A stretch of 64,000 nt of DNA. Source: Eledone cirrhosa. Lineage: Eukaryota. Below are positions 38,521 through 52,410 of this stretch, in pieces. A model generated the notes under the pieces. The model was not told the origin of the DNA and searched no databases. It saw nothing but the letters and a program-made list of their open reading frames with translations. The position numbers were made by a program, and so were the translations under genes. Every line of letters begins with the position of its first letter. Position 1 is the stretch's first letter. The stretch spans positions 242,792,001 to 242,856,000 of the forward strand of contig OZ024743.1 in NCBI GenBank assembly GCA_964016885.1, read 5' to 3'.

Positions 38521-41500
38521 TCTGTCGAGCGATTCTTCCCTGAGACATTCTAACCACATGCCCATAGTATCGGAGCTGTGATCTCTAGGTTAATTTACTG
38601 AATTTTCTCAACTGTTATTTATAGTTATCAACTGTTATTAGTTATTTTCTGCACTTGGAACTCTCACATTCTCAAACTTCCAGCATTAAATTTATGTAAG
38701 AATCCTTTTGTTAAGTTCCAAATTATTTCGCTGTTAATAAACAGTTGCCTTCTACAGTACGTTTCATTTAACTTACGCAGCATATTTATTTGTTTACATG
38801 CACAGACTCTTCTGTACACACACAACATTTAGGAAAACGGAAACAAAATACACAAAAAAACAGACATTTTATTTCTATCGTAATCAAGTGCACTAAACCT
38901 ATATTGTTTACATTCTGTGTTTTTCTACGGATGGGAAGAAATAACCAAATTGCCATGGTGATATCCATCGATTAAGTATGCGACAAAATTGGTCGATGTT
39001 CCAAAATAGAACATTGCCCAGAAGATCACACCTGCCATATCTGTACGGAACCCGAAAACTCGTTCCGTAATCGTTGGGTCGAATGTGGAACCTGTCATAT
39101 CTCTGTCTGCCTTCAATGCGCCACAAGCTTCCGGAAGATCCAAAACAAGAAACATCATATTGCTACGATGGATAGACTCTGGGAGATGGTCCAGCTAACA
39201 AACTGGTCCTTTCAGTGCCTAGACTGTATGCCTGCTTCTCCCATTGCTGCGGAACAACAACAACAACAAAGACCGAAGATTGTATCTTCTACCATTGTTC
39301 TCGAACAACAACAACAAAAACCGAGGATCGTGTCTTCCTCTACCATTGTTCCTGAACAACAGCAAAAACCAACGACCGTAGCTTCTGCTACTACCCCCGT
39401 TGGAGGACTTCATCAACAACAGCAACCCATGTCTTCCTCACCCATTACTTTTCAACAACAACAACTGACGACTGTGTCTTCTACCATGCCTGTTGAAGGA
39501 GAAGAACAACAACAAAAATCGACCGTCAATACGGAGTTTGAGGAAATACGGCAAATGATTTCCGCTTTAAGCCAAGAAATAGCGGAAATAAAATCAAGCG
39601 TTCGTGTAGAACCCCACAATGAGGGATCTTACCGGAGTGCCTTGTTAAAAAATCTCCGCGTACCTCATGTTGAACCTAGACGCATTGAGAATGCCACTGA
39701 ATCTGCAAATCACGAAGTGATTGCCATTGGTGTACCAGAAGACATAGTTGATCTTCAGGCATTTGCTGCCAGTTCATCCAAAGACCTGGGCTGTGCTCCC
39801 GCAAAGGGTGCTCTACGCCTTGGCCGACCAGGCCCGAAACCCAGGTAATTAGACTGTCGTTTTCAAACTCAACTGAGGCACGTTCATACCTTGTAGCCTC
39901 TGATAAAGCTAGGCGTGAAAGTCGGATTGCTTTCCGAACACGCCCTGGTCTTCCACCTGATGTCCGCCCAAAGTTGCGTGCTGCAGCTTCCTTAAACCGC
40001 AGCTCGGCAGAACATGAAAGCTTCAGCCTACGAGATGATGGGCAGATATGGAAGTTTGTTAAGGCTGGCGAATCATGGAAAAGAGACACCAGCTGGTCTG
40101 AAAACACTGTACCCACAACAACTGACAATAAAGAAACTGAAAAACTCTGGGAAACTAAATCAGAACAACCTGCCATCCCCTGCACATAATCATAGACTGG
40201 AGTCAAGGTACAAATTGTTGTCCTTGAATGCACGTAGTCTATGCGATAAGATTCATCTTTTTGACTCCTACGTCAAAAGTATCAACCCTGACTTCATTAC
40301 AGTCACGGAAACTTGGGCACATCCCTTACTCTGTGATGGGGTTTTCAGCATGACTGGCTACAATCTGTTTCGTAAAGACTGCATTAATCGTCGTGGTGGT
40401 GGTGTAATGGTCTACGTTCGGTCAAATCTGTCAGCAATTCCTTGTGCTGATTTGAACCAATCACAGCAGGAAGTTTTTTTCTGCGATATACGTATGACCA
40501 TGTCGACACTGCTACTTGGAATCGTTTACCGTCCCCCAAATTACCATCAGGACATTCAACTTTGTGATATCCTCAGAGCTGCTGCCAGGAAGACAGCCAC
40601 TTATGTTTTCATTGCAGGTGACTTCAATCACCCTGAGATTGACTGGGAAACCTTTTGTTGGCCGCCAAGTGCAAATGACTTCCTTGAGCTAGTGCTGGAC
40701 TCGAGTTGGTCCCAGGTGGTCACCTCCCCAACGAGAGGTGACAACACTTTGGACCTACTCTTCACCACTACTCCTGAAACGGTCATTAGTGTTACTGCTG
40801 AGGAACCTTTAGGTGACTCTGATCATGCTATGATCATTGCCAATCTATCCCTCATGGGCAGTAACAAGAACCACAACCATCTCCAAACTGCTCACTTTGA
40901 CTGGAATAAAGCAGACTGGAACTGTTACTGCACCAAGTTGCAACGGCCATACTGGCTTGAGTTCTACGACTCTGGAGATGTCAACACTGTACTCCAGAAC
41001 ATCCTGAGCTCAATATGGACAGCATGTGCAGCATCGGTGCCACGTAAGCGGAAAAAACATCCCAAAAGCGCAATTTGGGAGACTGCAGCAGTCCGTCTTG
41101 CCAGAAAAGAACGGCGCAATGCTGAACGTGAGTACAAACTTTACAAATCAGACATTAATAGGAAGAGGCGAAATAGATCGTCCAACCACCTCAAACAGGT
41201 GACAAAAAGGGCAGTGCTTCAATTTGAGCAGCGCATAGCAACCAGCCCTGACAGTAAGGTGTTCTGGAAGTATGATCACTCAAAGCAGAGGCCTCACTCT
41301 CCAGTTGGTCCTCTTCGCAATCCCCACACAAGCCAGGTTACTGACGACCCCAAGGAATGCGCAGAGCTCATTGCTGAATGCTATGCAGGCATTTTCACTA
41401 TTGAAGACCAGAGTGTACCATCTCCACCACCTATGACACCGGCCTCTATTACAACCATGGAATTTACACCTGCAATACTGCGACGTCACCTAAAAAATAA

Positions 41501-43088
41501 ACGCAACCATGCCTCTCCTGGTCTTGATGGTGTTACGTACCTGCTTCTTAAACGTGGTGGGTACTTCCTTCTACACCAGTTATCACGCTTCTTCCAATTC
41601 TGTCTGAACAACAGTGCTACTCCAGAACAGTGGAAAACTGCCAGTGTCATTCTTCTGTTCAAAAAGGGTGACCGCACATCACCTGTGAACTATCGTCCAG
41701 TCAGTCTTACTAGTTGCATCGCCAAACTGATGGAATCCTGTGTCAGAGAAACACTTTGGAACTTCTGGAGCTCTCAGTCTTATCCGGCCCTCGCAATTTG
41801 AATTTATCCCCAACTCCAGCTGCTGTGATCAACTTATAGAGTTTCTTGAGGACATCACCCGGATCACTGATGGCGGTTCATGGGTGGATGTTGTTTACCT
41901 TGACTTTGCGAAGGCCTTCAATTCTGTGCCACACAAAAGGCTTATGGCAAAACTCTCTGCAATGGGTGTGAAGGATGATCTTTTTAACTGGTTGAAGTCC
42001 TTCATTCTCAGTCGAAGAGAGGTAGTCATGGTTCTGGGACAGCATTCCTCACCATATGAGATGTCATCTGGTGTACCACAGGGATCTGTTCTTGGCTCCC
42101 TTTTGTTTGTGGCATATATTAATGACATAGATGCCAACTTAAGGAATGCCACAGTACTAAAGTACGCAGACAACATCAAGCTGTACCTTGAGATAAAAAG
42201 GACAGATCCTGAACACTATAGATCTTGCTTGCAGTCTGACCTGGACACAATGCAACAATGGATCTCAGACTGGCAACTCAAGCTAGCTGTGGACAAGTGC
42301 ACCACCATGCATTTTGGGAGTAAAAACCCAGTGTCCACATACTCCCTCCACAGCACTAATATCAAGAAGTCTTCCTGTGAACATGACCTGGGCATTACGG
42401 TCAGCAGTGATTTGCGTTGGACGAGGCACGTCTCTAAAATTGTCAAGAGGGCCGAGGGTGTTTTAGCATCACTCAGCAAGACCTTTGTCAGCCGCTCTCC
42501 AGATATCTATTTAAGGCTGTACATGGCTATGGTGCGACCACACTTAGAATTTTCATCACCAGTCTGGAACCCCCTATCTTGCTCAGAACATTGATCGCCT
42601 GAAAACTGTTCAGAGACGTGCAACCAAGCGAATACCCTCCATCAGGCATCTACCATACTCTGAGCACCTTGCTTCCCTGGGCATGGATTCATTGAAGCTC
42701 CGACGCCTGGCAACTGACTTGGTAAACACCCACAAAATTGTTAACCATGTTGCCAACAACAACCCTGAGTACCTTTTCGATTTCCATGTGTCTAACACAC
42801 GTGGACATGCCCACAAAGTAAGAAAACAGCACAGTTCCCATGACTTTCGGAAACATTTTTTCACGCTCAGAGTTGCTGAAGCATGGAACAAACTACCTGC
42901 ATCAGTTGTTAGCTGTCGAGACACTGCATCCTTTAAGGCCTCCATGCTTCCCGAGATCCGCCAACACTACAGCTAACACATACACACATGTACTTCCCTG
43001 ACATTTGTGTATTATTCTATGTACTACACCTTTGACGAGTTGTAGTGCACCTGAGCACTTTACACAATAATTTCATTATTATTATTAT
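38520..43088 (+). mobile_element. Near full-length degenerate CR1-type LINE
   Basis: ORF1 about 38930-40189 (Cys-rich PHD-like finger, Q-rich repeats, coiled coil, RLG..KPR motif; one stop, one frameshift). ORF2 40014-42976 (APE: TETW, GGGV, YRPP, GDFN, SDH; RT: LDFAKAF, GVPQGS, YADN; C-terminal FFTLRVAEAWNKLP) with two frameshifts. (ATT)n tail. 5' boundary uncertain. Confidence 0.9.
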
Positions 43089-44859
43089 TTTTATAAATAC
43101 TACCTTAATACTTTTGATACCAAACCACCTGAAACTGCCTGTGATTCTATGGTACAAAGCCATTTGTTGTAAAGTGTTTATATTTATCTAAAAACCTTCC
43201 ATCATAATTTTATGTGAGAACCTTTGTTAAGTTATGTCCCAAACACCAGTAAAATAAAAATTAAATTATATTTCTAAATCCATCCAAATTCTTGATTTTC
43301 AGAATTATATGCAGTGGCTTTAATTTGAAATATGATAAAGAATGGTTTAATGAAAAATTTATTTTGCTAAATTGTCCATTAGATTCTTAATTATTTTCAA
43401 AACTAATTGAAACACTCAATACAGTAAGGAAACATTGAGTTGAGTTTACCAATAAAAATAAGTACCACAAGTTCAATTAATTCTTTTAAATAGTATACTT
43501 GGTTACTAATATAGACTAGAAAAAATAACAAATTTTATCACATAAAAGAATGAAATTGCAAAGAGATATTTTTCTTCCTTTCTTAAATCAGTTAACAAAG
43601 AGCAAAGATAGCTAAAATAGTACAACCAACTAAGAGACTGGCAGTTATCTTGTCACTAATATCTCAGCAACTAAGCTAATTATCTCACACAAATACTATA
43701 TCCTATAAGATTGGTCGAAGAGGTTTGTGTAAGACTATGCTTCGTTGAGGAAATCTAACAAGACTGATCATGTCCAAAGTGATTACCATATTTACCAAGG
43801 ATCAAACTGACTCCCTCCTCACAACATGCCTACCTCATTTGAGTTTTAATCAATTTGAGTTCGCTCCCTTACCTTACTTGATAAGGATTGTCATTCTTTT
43901 AATTTTTCTTTTTCCGGATGTGTTCTTCAGTTTTATTTTGTTCAATAGTTTGTTTTAACCATCACAGTGAAGGCCATGCTGGAGAACCACCTTTGGTGTA
44001 GTTTCAACAGATAAAACAATTCTTTTGGGATCATTACATTAAGTGTAATAGCTAAAATTTAACTGAATAATTTTCATGCAGAAGGCATCCCTGAGGAATT
44101 TTGGAATGTCCCAAATGACTTAGAACAACTATAGCAGTAACAACACACAATCGATGTAAGCAGTGGGAGCAGTATGAAACAAATAAATCTGTTGATGTGC
44201 AATACTAAGTTCAAACTCCAGTTGTGTGTATATGCATACACACGTGTGTGACTAGAATAAGAGTTGGGATCCTACATATCTGATCTGACAATCTAAGATT
44301 GACTGAGGACTGAAGGGTGGAAGAGCGATTTGAGGGAGGGCAGAAGAGAGGGAGGAAAGAAGGATTTGAGAGAGAGATGGAGGAAGGAATCAGCATGGTC
44401 ATTAGTAAAGGTGGAATATAATTAATTAAAATTTCTTGGCTTACTATTTCAAGTATGCTAGTGCCCACTTTACTATTAAGTTTCCTTACAGTAGGCATCC
44501 CTGGGTATTTTTCCCTAGTCATTCTTTCATTATGATTCATAACCTAGAGAGAAATTAAAATAAAACATTAGACTTTCCTGGTGTAGCTTTCTAACAGATA
44601 TAATGCAATGCTTTCTGCTGACTTTCTTGAGTTTTACAGAGAGAAAATAGAGTGAAAAAGAGAAAAGAGACTTGAAACTGAAATGACCTATTGCGTATAT
44701 TTGTGTAGTAAAGGAGTTCACTTCACACCCACATGGTTCTGAGTTCAGTTTCTCATCACAACACCTAGGGTTAGTATCTTCTACATTGGCTTTAGGTTCA
44801 CCAATGCCTTGTGAATGGAATTTGGTAGGCAGAAACTGCAGAAAGCTGGGAGGATGATT

Positions 44860-45520
44860 TGAATTTGTAACAGCCAGAGTAAGAACAAGTTAAAAGAAGT
44901 TCAAGGAATGACTAACAACTAAGGGATTCTCACAGAATGAAGGGTGGACTGCAATGCTAAATGGTGAAACATGGGCCTTGACAGTAGAAGTCCTGCAACA
45001 GCTAAAACAAAATGTAACTGATAGGTTGTGGTGGATGTCTAATGTTAGTGTGCATGAACAGCATAACATGTGAGTTGAGAGAAAGGCTTGGTATTAGAGG
45101 AACTAGATATAGTATGCAAGATGTGTGATGTACAAAGAATTGCAGAGAAAGCTCAATGGCTAGGACTCAGGGAAGAAGCAGACCTAGGAAGACCTGAGAT
45201 GAAGTATTGAAGACTGACTTTAACCCTTTAGCATTTAAACCAGCCGTATCTGCCCAGAATTCTTTCACATCCTTCTGTTCAAACCGACTGTAATCGGCTG
45301 CTCATACTGATGTTAAGGTATTGTTCTCAAAATAAATAATATCAAAATCTCATAGATTCAATATTATGTGAGATAAGTATGTGAAGTAAAGCCTTTACCA
45401 TGAAAATACAATAGTAAATATAGAGTAATATAAATGCTAAAGGGTTAAGCTATGACAGAAATGACAAAAGGCAACAAGATTTGGTGATATGCTGTTCTGG
45501 AGAAAATCACCTACCAGCAT
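44860..45520 (+). mobile_element. Old RTE 3' fragment interrupted by a TTAA MITE
   Basis: Remnants of KGFS, ETWAL and RPRKT motifs. Confidence 0.6.
45220..45448. mobile_element. TTAA-type MITE
   Basis: Perfect TIRs as in 22278-22487. Confidence 0.85.
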
Positions 45521-46934
45521 AAAATGTGACCTAATCCAGCTATGTACTCTCACCCACCATTAGTAACTATCGGCACCATCGCTGTATGCCCCACCCGCCA
45601 AGGGTCACCTCCACATCACTTAAATCCTAAAACAACAGTCATAACTCCTTACTAGCTGTTTGCATCATAACAATACTCCACCTCTATCTGAGATCACTCC
45701 TCTCCTCCCCTCTCTCTCATTACCTTGTCAATTCCCACTATTCATCATACACCTATGATATACCTTTTCACCCTTCCCCCACCACTCCAGTCACACATCC
45801 ATTAATTTATATTTGTTATCTCCCCCCACTCATTTCCCCTTACCCATGGCAGACTTCTTAACTACACACCCATAGGGTAGGGAAAGTTCATCAGTCAAGT
45901 TAATAATCAGCAGCCTCCTTAGTGATGGTGCCATGATAAAATTCACTCAGGACACTCTGTAAAGTGGCTGGTGTTAGGAAGAGCATCCAGCCACAGAAAC
46001 TAAGCCAAAAAGAGTTTAGAGGATGCTTTAGTCATGATATGGCAACATCTCTAGTGCTGGTGTCATGAAAAATGTACCCAGTACACCCTGTAATGTGACT
46101 GGTGATAAAGAAGGGCAACCAGCAGTAGAAACTATGCTAAAAAGTGGCTGAAAGTACTTTTCAGTTGTGTTGGTGATCTACATGATAAATGCACCCAGTA
46201 CACTCTGTAAAGTGGTTAGGAAGGGCATACAGCTGTAAAACAAACCTGCCAAACAAAGAGGACTGTTCAGCTGTGTTAAAGTCATGTCAACCTCCTTAGT
46301 GTTGATGCCACCATAAAATACAATCAGTGCACTCTGTAGAGTACAGGAACATATGTAAACAAAAAGTCGAACCTGGTCCAAATGTGAGGTCAGTAGTTCC
46401 AATTAAGTACTGACTTGTTTGTGTGACCTTTGATTATTGACCTAGTGGATTAACTCTTAACCTCCTGTAATGATTCAGCAGAAAATATCTAAAAACAGGT
46501 TTCTTAATTCAAATGTTTATAACATCTTTACTAATGGACAGATCATGGTAAAATTTTGCTGTGAACTTTAGTTTTAATGTGGAACAATTATAATACTGCT
46601 TTGTACTTTGGTCTTGTTTGGTATAGGATATTAAGAGATATGGTTGATCAAGGGCTATACACCAATAAAAAAATTATGTTAAAGAAGTAAGTAATACTAC
46701 AGATCACAAACCATGCAGAAGTTATTTTTTCCAATTGAAATAACAGTAATAGGTAGCAGAAATAGAATTTATATTTAACATTTTATATGAAATAATTGAT
46801 TTTATATTTATTGAATTACTTCAATGATTTCATAATCATTTTATGAACCAAAATGAAATTGGCATTATCTAATAAGGCTAGATGTTTATAACAGTGGCTA
46901 ATTTTTCAATTACAATAATTAACAAATATATTTC

Positions 46935-46977
<43 letters not shown>

Positions 46978-47045
46978 ATTTTCGTATTTATCATATACAT
47001 GTTTCAAACAGTTGTGTAGGTGTCTTTGTATACCTATCATCATTA

Positions 47046-47078
<33 letters not shown>

Positions 47079-47199
47079 GTATTATGTACTGAGTGAATTT
47101 TATCATGGCACCATCACTAAGGAGGCTGCTGGTTATTAACTTGATTGATGAACTTTCCCTACCCTATGGGTGTGTAGTTAAGAAGTCTGCCATGGGTAA

Positions 47200-47575
47200 G
47201 GGGATTGGCAGTATCGGTCGAGGGTCGGACGCCATGCTTTCCAGCATAGTTACGTCCCTTTACGATCTGAGTTCAAATCCCGCCGAGGTTGACTTTGCCT
47301 TTCATCCTTACGGGGTCGATAAAATAAAGTACCAGTAATGCACTGGGTAATTGCTGGCCTTGTGCCTAAAGTAGAAACAATTAATAGGGCGGAGGATTGG
47401 CAGTATCAGTAGAGAGTCGGATGCCATGCTTTCCAGCATAGTTACGTCCCTTTAAGGTCTGAGTTCAAATCCCGCCGAGGTTAACTTTGCCTTTCATCCT
47501 TACGGGGGTCGATAAAATAAAGTACCAGTAATGTACTGGGTAATTGCTGGCCTTGTGCCAAAAGTAGAAACAATT
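47200..47575 (+). mobile_element. Two head-to-tail Meta-like tRNA SINEs
   Basis: Copies at ~47200-47382 and ~47386-47575. Confidence 0.82.
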
Positions 47576-48067
47576 ATGTATGTATATATATATATATATG
47601 GTAGAATCATAGAGTTGAACAAAATACTTTGTAGTATATATAGTGTCACTAAGATATATAGTGTATATGTAGTATATATATAGTGTCACTAAATTTCATC
47701 CTAACAAGGTTGATAAGTTTGTATCAATCAACTAGTAGGGTTGATATATTTGAGGATCATGCTCAAGCATGGCCACAGTTCAATGTCAGAGAAAAATAAA
47801 AGTAAATGAAACATAAGACACACACATACAATAAAAAGCATTGCTTATACTAGGGTTATAGGCTGACTATGAAGGAGTGATGCTAGGGTTGTGAAATCTT
47901 GCATGCATCAATTTCAACTCTTCTTATTAATAACTGCACTGCTTCTTTTCAGGGACTACATTGAAAGATAAACTTCATTTGGTCATTCCATGAGAGTATC
48001 TTGGTCAACCTATGAACTTTTCAGCTGACCCTCGTAAAACACCTTAGAATTCTATGGAATGTTATAC

Positions 48068-48287
48068 TTAACCCTTTAGACCAGTCATATCCGGCCAGAA
48101 TTCTCTAACCTCTTTGTGTTCAAATCGGCCATAACTGGCCACTCATACTGATGTTAAAGCATTGTTCTCAAAATAAATAACATCAAAATCTCATAGATTC
48201 GATACTATATGATATAATTATGTAAGATAGAACCTTTACCACAAATATACATTAGTATAGAGAGTAATGTAAATGCTAAAGAGTTAA
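48068..48287. mobile_element. TTAA-type MITE
   Basis: TTAACCCTTTAG ... AATGCTAAAGAGTTAA; homologous body. Confidence 0.8.
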
Positions 48288-48564
48288 ACCTCAAACTACT
48301 AAACTGACATTGGAATTAGCCTCAGCTTGCTGGTCTAGAACTTTTGGAACATTAAAACATTTCAAACCAATTATATTTTCAAATAAGTAATAATTCGTTG
48401 ATCAAACACCCATACTTTTGTCTAATAAATTAATACACTTGCACTATGATATCCTATAATGTCTACATTTACCTGAATAGAAACACTTTCAACATAAAAC
48501 TCATTTTCACTAAAAAATCAATGACTGTTAATCATTGCAGCTTTCAAATTTAATAATGATATAT

Positions 48565-49928
48565 CATAGAAACTATACAACAATAAAAGAGACTTTACAA
48601 CAGTAATAGAAACTATACAACAATAATAGGAACTATACAACAGTAATAGGAACTATACAACAATAATAGGAACTATACAACAGTAATAGGAACTATACAA
48701 CAATAATAGGAACTATACAACAGTAATAGGAACTATACAACAATAACAGAAACTATAGAGCAAAAGCAGAAACTATACAACAGTAACAGAAACTATACAA
48801 CAGTAACAGAAACTATACAACAGTAATAGAAACTATACAACAATAACAGAAACTATACAACAGTAACAGAGACTATACAACAGTAACAGAAACTATACAA
48901 CAGTAACAGAAACTGTACAACAGTAACAGAGACTGTACAACAACAGAAATTATACAACAGTAACAGAAACCATACAACAGTAACAGAAACTATACAACAG
49001 TAACAGAGACTATACAACAGTAACAGAAATTATACAACAGTAACAGAAACTGTACAACAACAGAAACTATACAACAATAACAGGAACTATACAACAGTAA
49101 CAGAGACTATACAACAGTAACAGAGACTATACAACAGTAACAGAAACTATACAACAGTAACAGAAACTATACAACAGTAACAGAAATTATACAACAGTAA
49201 CAGAAACTATACAACAGTAACAGAAACTATACAACAATAACAGAGACTATACAACAGTAACAGAAACTGTACAACAGTAACAGAGACTGTACAACAACAG
49301 AAACCATACAACAGTAACAGAAACTATACAACAGTAACAGAAACTATACAACAGTAACAGAAACCATACAACAGTAACAGAAACTATACAACAGTAACAG
49401 AAACTATACAACAGTAACAGAGACTGTACAACAGTAACAGAAACTATACAACAGTAACAGAAACTGTACAACAGTAACAGAGACTGTACAACAACAGAAA
49501 CCATACAACAGTAACAGAAACTATACAACAGTAACAGAAACTATACAACAGTAACAGAAACCATACAACAGTAACAGAAACTATACAACAGTAACAGAAA
49601 CTATACAACAATAACAGAGACTATACAACAGTAACAGAAATTATACAACAGTAACAGAGACTGTACAACAACAGAAATTATACAACAGTAACAGAAACTA
49701 TACAACAGTAACAGAAACTATACAACAGTAACAGAGACTATACAACAGTAACAGAAATTATACAACAGTAACAGAAACTATACAACAACAGAAACTATAC
49801 AACAATAACAGGAACTATACAACAGTAACAGAGACTATACAACAATAACAGGAACTATACAACAGTAACATAGACTATACAACAATAAGAGAAACTATAC
49901 AACAATAACAGGAACTATACAACAATAG
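48565..49928. repeat. 20-bp minisatellite (AACTATACAACAGTAACAGA)
   Basis: More than 60 units, with 17-bp variants. Confidence 0.96.
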
Positions 49929-50221
49929 AGTTCCTAAGTTAATACATTTGTTCAATTATTTAACCTTAGACTCAATTAACATCCCACCAATAATTATATT
50001 TATTGAATTATTGAACATTCAACTTAGAATTTTCTTTTAAACCATCAAATTATTAAGTTTCATTAACTTGAATTTACTGCAGTTAACTTTATTATGACTC
50101 ATTTTTCAACCTTCTCTAATTGAACAGATTACATACACAACTATTCCAGACTTCAAACTTGGATTTTATCATTTATTTTGTGTCATTACAATTACAATTG
50201 TATCCTATAATAATAGTATTA

Positions 50222-50631
50222 ATAATTGTTTCTACTTTTGGCACAAGGCCAGCAATTACCCAGTACATTACTGGTACTTCATTTTATCTCCCCGTAAGGA
50301 TGAAAGGCAAAGTTAACCTCGGCGGGATTTGAACTCAGATCGTATTAATAATTGTGTCTACTTTTGGCACAAGGCCAGCAATTTCCCCAGTGCATTACTG
50401 GTGCTTTATTTTATCGACCCTGTAAGGATCAACGGCAAAGTTAACTTCGGTGGGATTTTAACTCAGAACGTAAAGGGCCATAACTCTATGTTGATGGTTT
50501 CCGATTTAAGCACAAAGCCAGCAATTTTGGGGAACGAGAAAGTCAATTAAATCGACCCCAGTCCATTACTGGTGCTTTATTTTATCAACCCCGTAAGGAT
50601 GAAAAGGCAAAGCTAACCTTGGCGGGATTTG
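50222..50631 (-). mobile_element. Three tandem truncated Meta-like SINEs
   Basis: CCCCGTAAGGATGAAAGGCAAAGTTAAC-type motif occurs three times. Confidence 0.75.
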
Positions 50632-51006
50632 GGAAATCCAGTCAGACAGTTGGAAGCGTCTGAGCAGATTTGCGAGGCTTTTACACCCTCCTCCCCTATC
50701 AGCCCCTGTGTGCATCTAAGATACTGATCCAGTGGCCCACTAAGACTAAACAGTGAGACATTCCTAGAAAGGTTTCCAGATGTTGGAAGAAATCAGTTAG
50801 TCCTGCACCTGTCGGAACACAGACGGCCACTAGCCTGAAGGCGTGCTTTTCACTGCGGGTCATGTAAAGTACCACTGGGTCCAGGAAGATGGTCTGTATT
50901 GCAATTTCTAGGTCTTTCCAGAACACAGCAACTCCGTCTCCAGATCCTGGACAGCTCGGAGATGCGTACACTGAAAATGAGGCTACAAAGTGTACGCATT
51001 TCTGAT
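50632..51006 (-). mobile_element. Tx1-type LINE fragment (APE domain)
   Basis: FRLVAVCVP..DFFQHLETFLGMSHCLVLVG matches IRLVAAYAP..DFFKCLETFLGTSRSLLLVGDWN of the 59650-59859 ORF. Confidence 0.7.
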
Positions 51007-52099
51007 GATAATAATAATAATGGTTTCTGATTTAGACACAAGCCCAACCAATTAAATTGACTCCAGTGTGTTACTGGTACTTTATTTTATCAATCCCATG
51101 AGGATGAAAGGCAATGCTAATCTAATAATAATAATATACATTCTAATCCATATTCCAGTGTTTACACTGTTCCATACCTTACCTAAATTTAACAACACAT
51201 ATTTTCTTTAAATTATACTTAATTAAATAATACTATTGTTTCAACATATAGCAAATTTTTCTCAGTAATATATAATTTACACACATACATATTAACAGTA
51301 AGACTCTGCAAAATATAATATTATCTACATTATACAGTCATCGCTTTGTATACCTAAGTGGATATAAAATTTCATTATGCTGTTTTTGTTTTGTATTTTG
51401 GTTGTTTTTTGTGAGTTTGTTTTCTGCACAGAAATAAATAAAAAAAACAATTCTATCAAAGATAATTATTTCCATACTACCTTTAATACTTGTGTAAAAA
51501 CAATGATGATTACACACACACACACATACATAATACATATTCTTCCTTATTCCTTAAATTACCATATTTCTAACAAATAACACCACCCATGATTTTCAAA
51601 TAATATTGAAAATAAACAAGTATTTGGAAGCATTTAGTATAATGTACTGTATATACTCAAATTTAAGCCAAGGAATATGTGACCAAAAAGACGATGATAA
51701 AAATGAGAGGGGGTCAGCTTATATACGCCATCTAAACAATGTGTTGTTTCGCTGCCTCAGCTTATAAATCATGTTTGATTTTTTTGCCCATTTCTCAGGC
51801 ATAAAATAGGGGGAATCGGCTTATATTCCGGTACATATGATAACTAGGTTTCTGATTATTTATCTGCTATTTGGAACATAACAAAAGTTCATACGCAAAA
51901 TTAGGGTGAAAGGTTTTTTTCATAAATATACACACTTTGAAATAAATAGTTTTGTATATTAGAACCAGGGTCAGTTTCAAGCAGTTCAGTATCAAAAGAA
52001 TTTACTGTAATTTGTAAGGAGTAACCTTACCTGAAGATATATGTATATTATACATTTATCTCTTTGTAGTTGAATATGCAATGTTAACAACAAAGCATA

Positions 52100-52410
52100 G
52101 ATGAGCAGAAAAAAAGTTTGGTATAACAGAAATAAGATATAATATGTAGGAGAGAAGGCTATGTTGGTACGGTCATATGATGCATAAAGATGATGATCAT
52201 TGTGCAAAGAAGTGCCAAGAAATCCAAGTAGAAGAAAGCTACAGTAGAGACCAAGATAAACCTGGGTAAATGTTGTGAGAGCCGATCTCAAATCGCTGAA
52301 GCTCACAGAGGAGATATCAAAGGAAGATAAAAAGTGGAGGGAAGCTCTGCTGGCAAAGACCTATCCAACCCATTCAAACATGAAAAAGTGGACATAAAAT
52401 GATGATATCT
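52100..52410 (+). mobile_element. Old RTE 3' fragment
   Basis: RRLCWYGHMM and RPR.TW remnants with a GATGAT end. Confidence 0.6.

Noticed and set aside
51170-52040. Possible upstream HMBOX1 exons at CTTACCT donor-like sites (51178, 52026)
   Set aside because: No recognisable coding similarity or matching acceptor; such motifs occur by chance.
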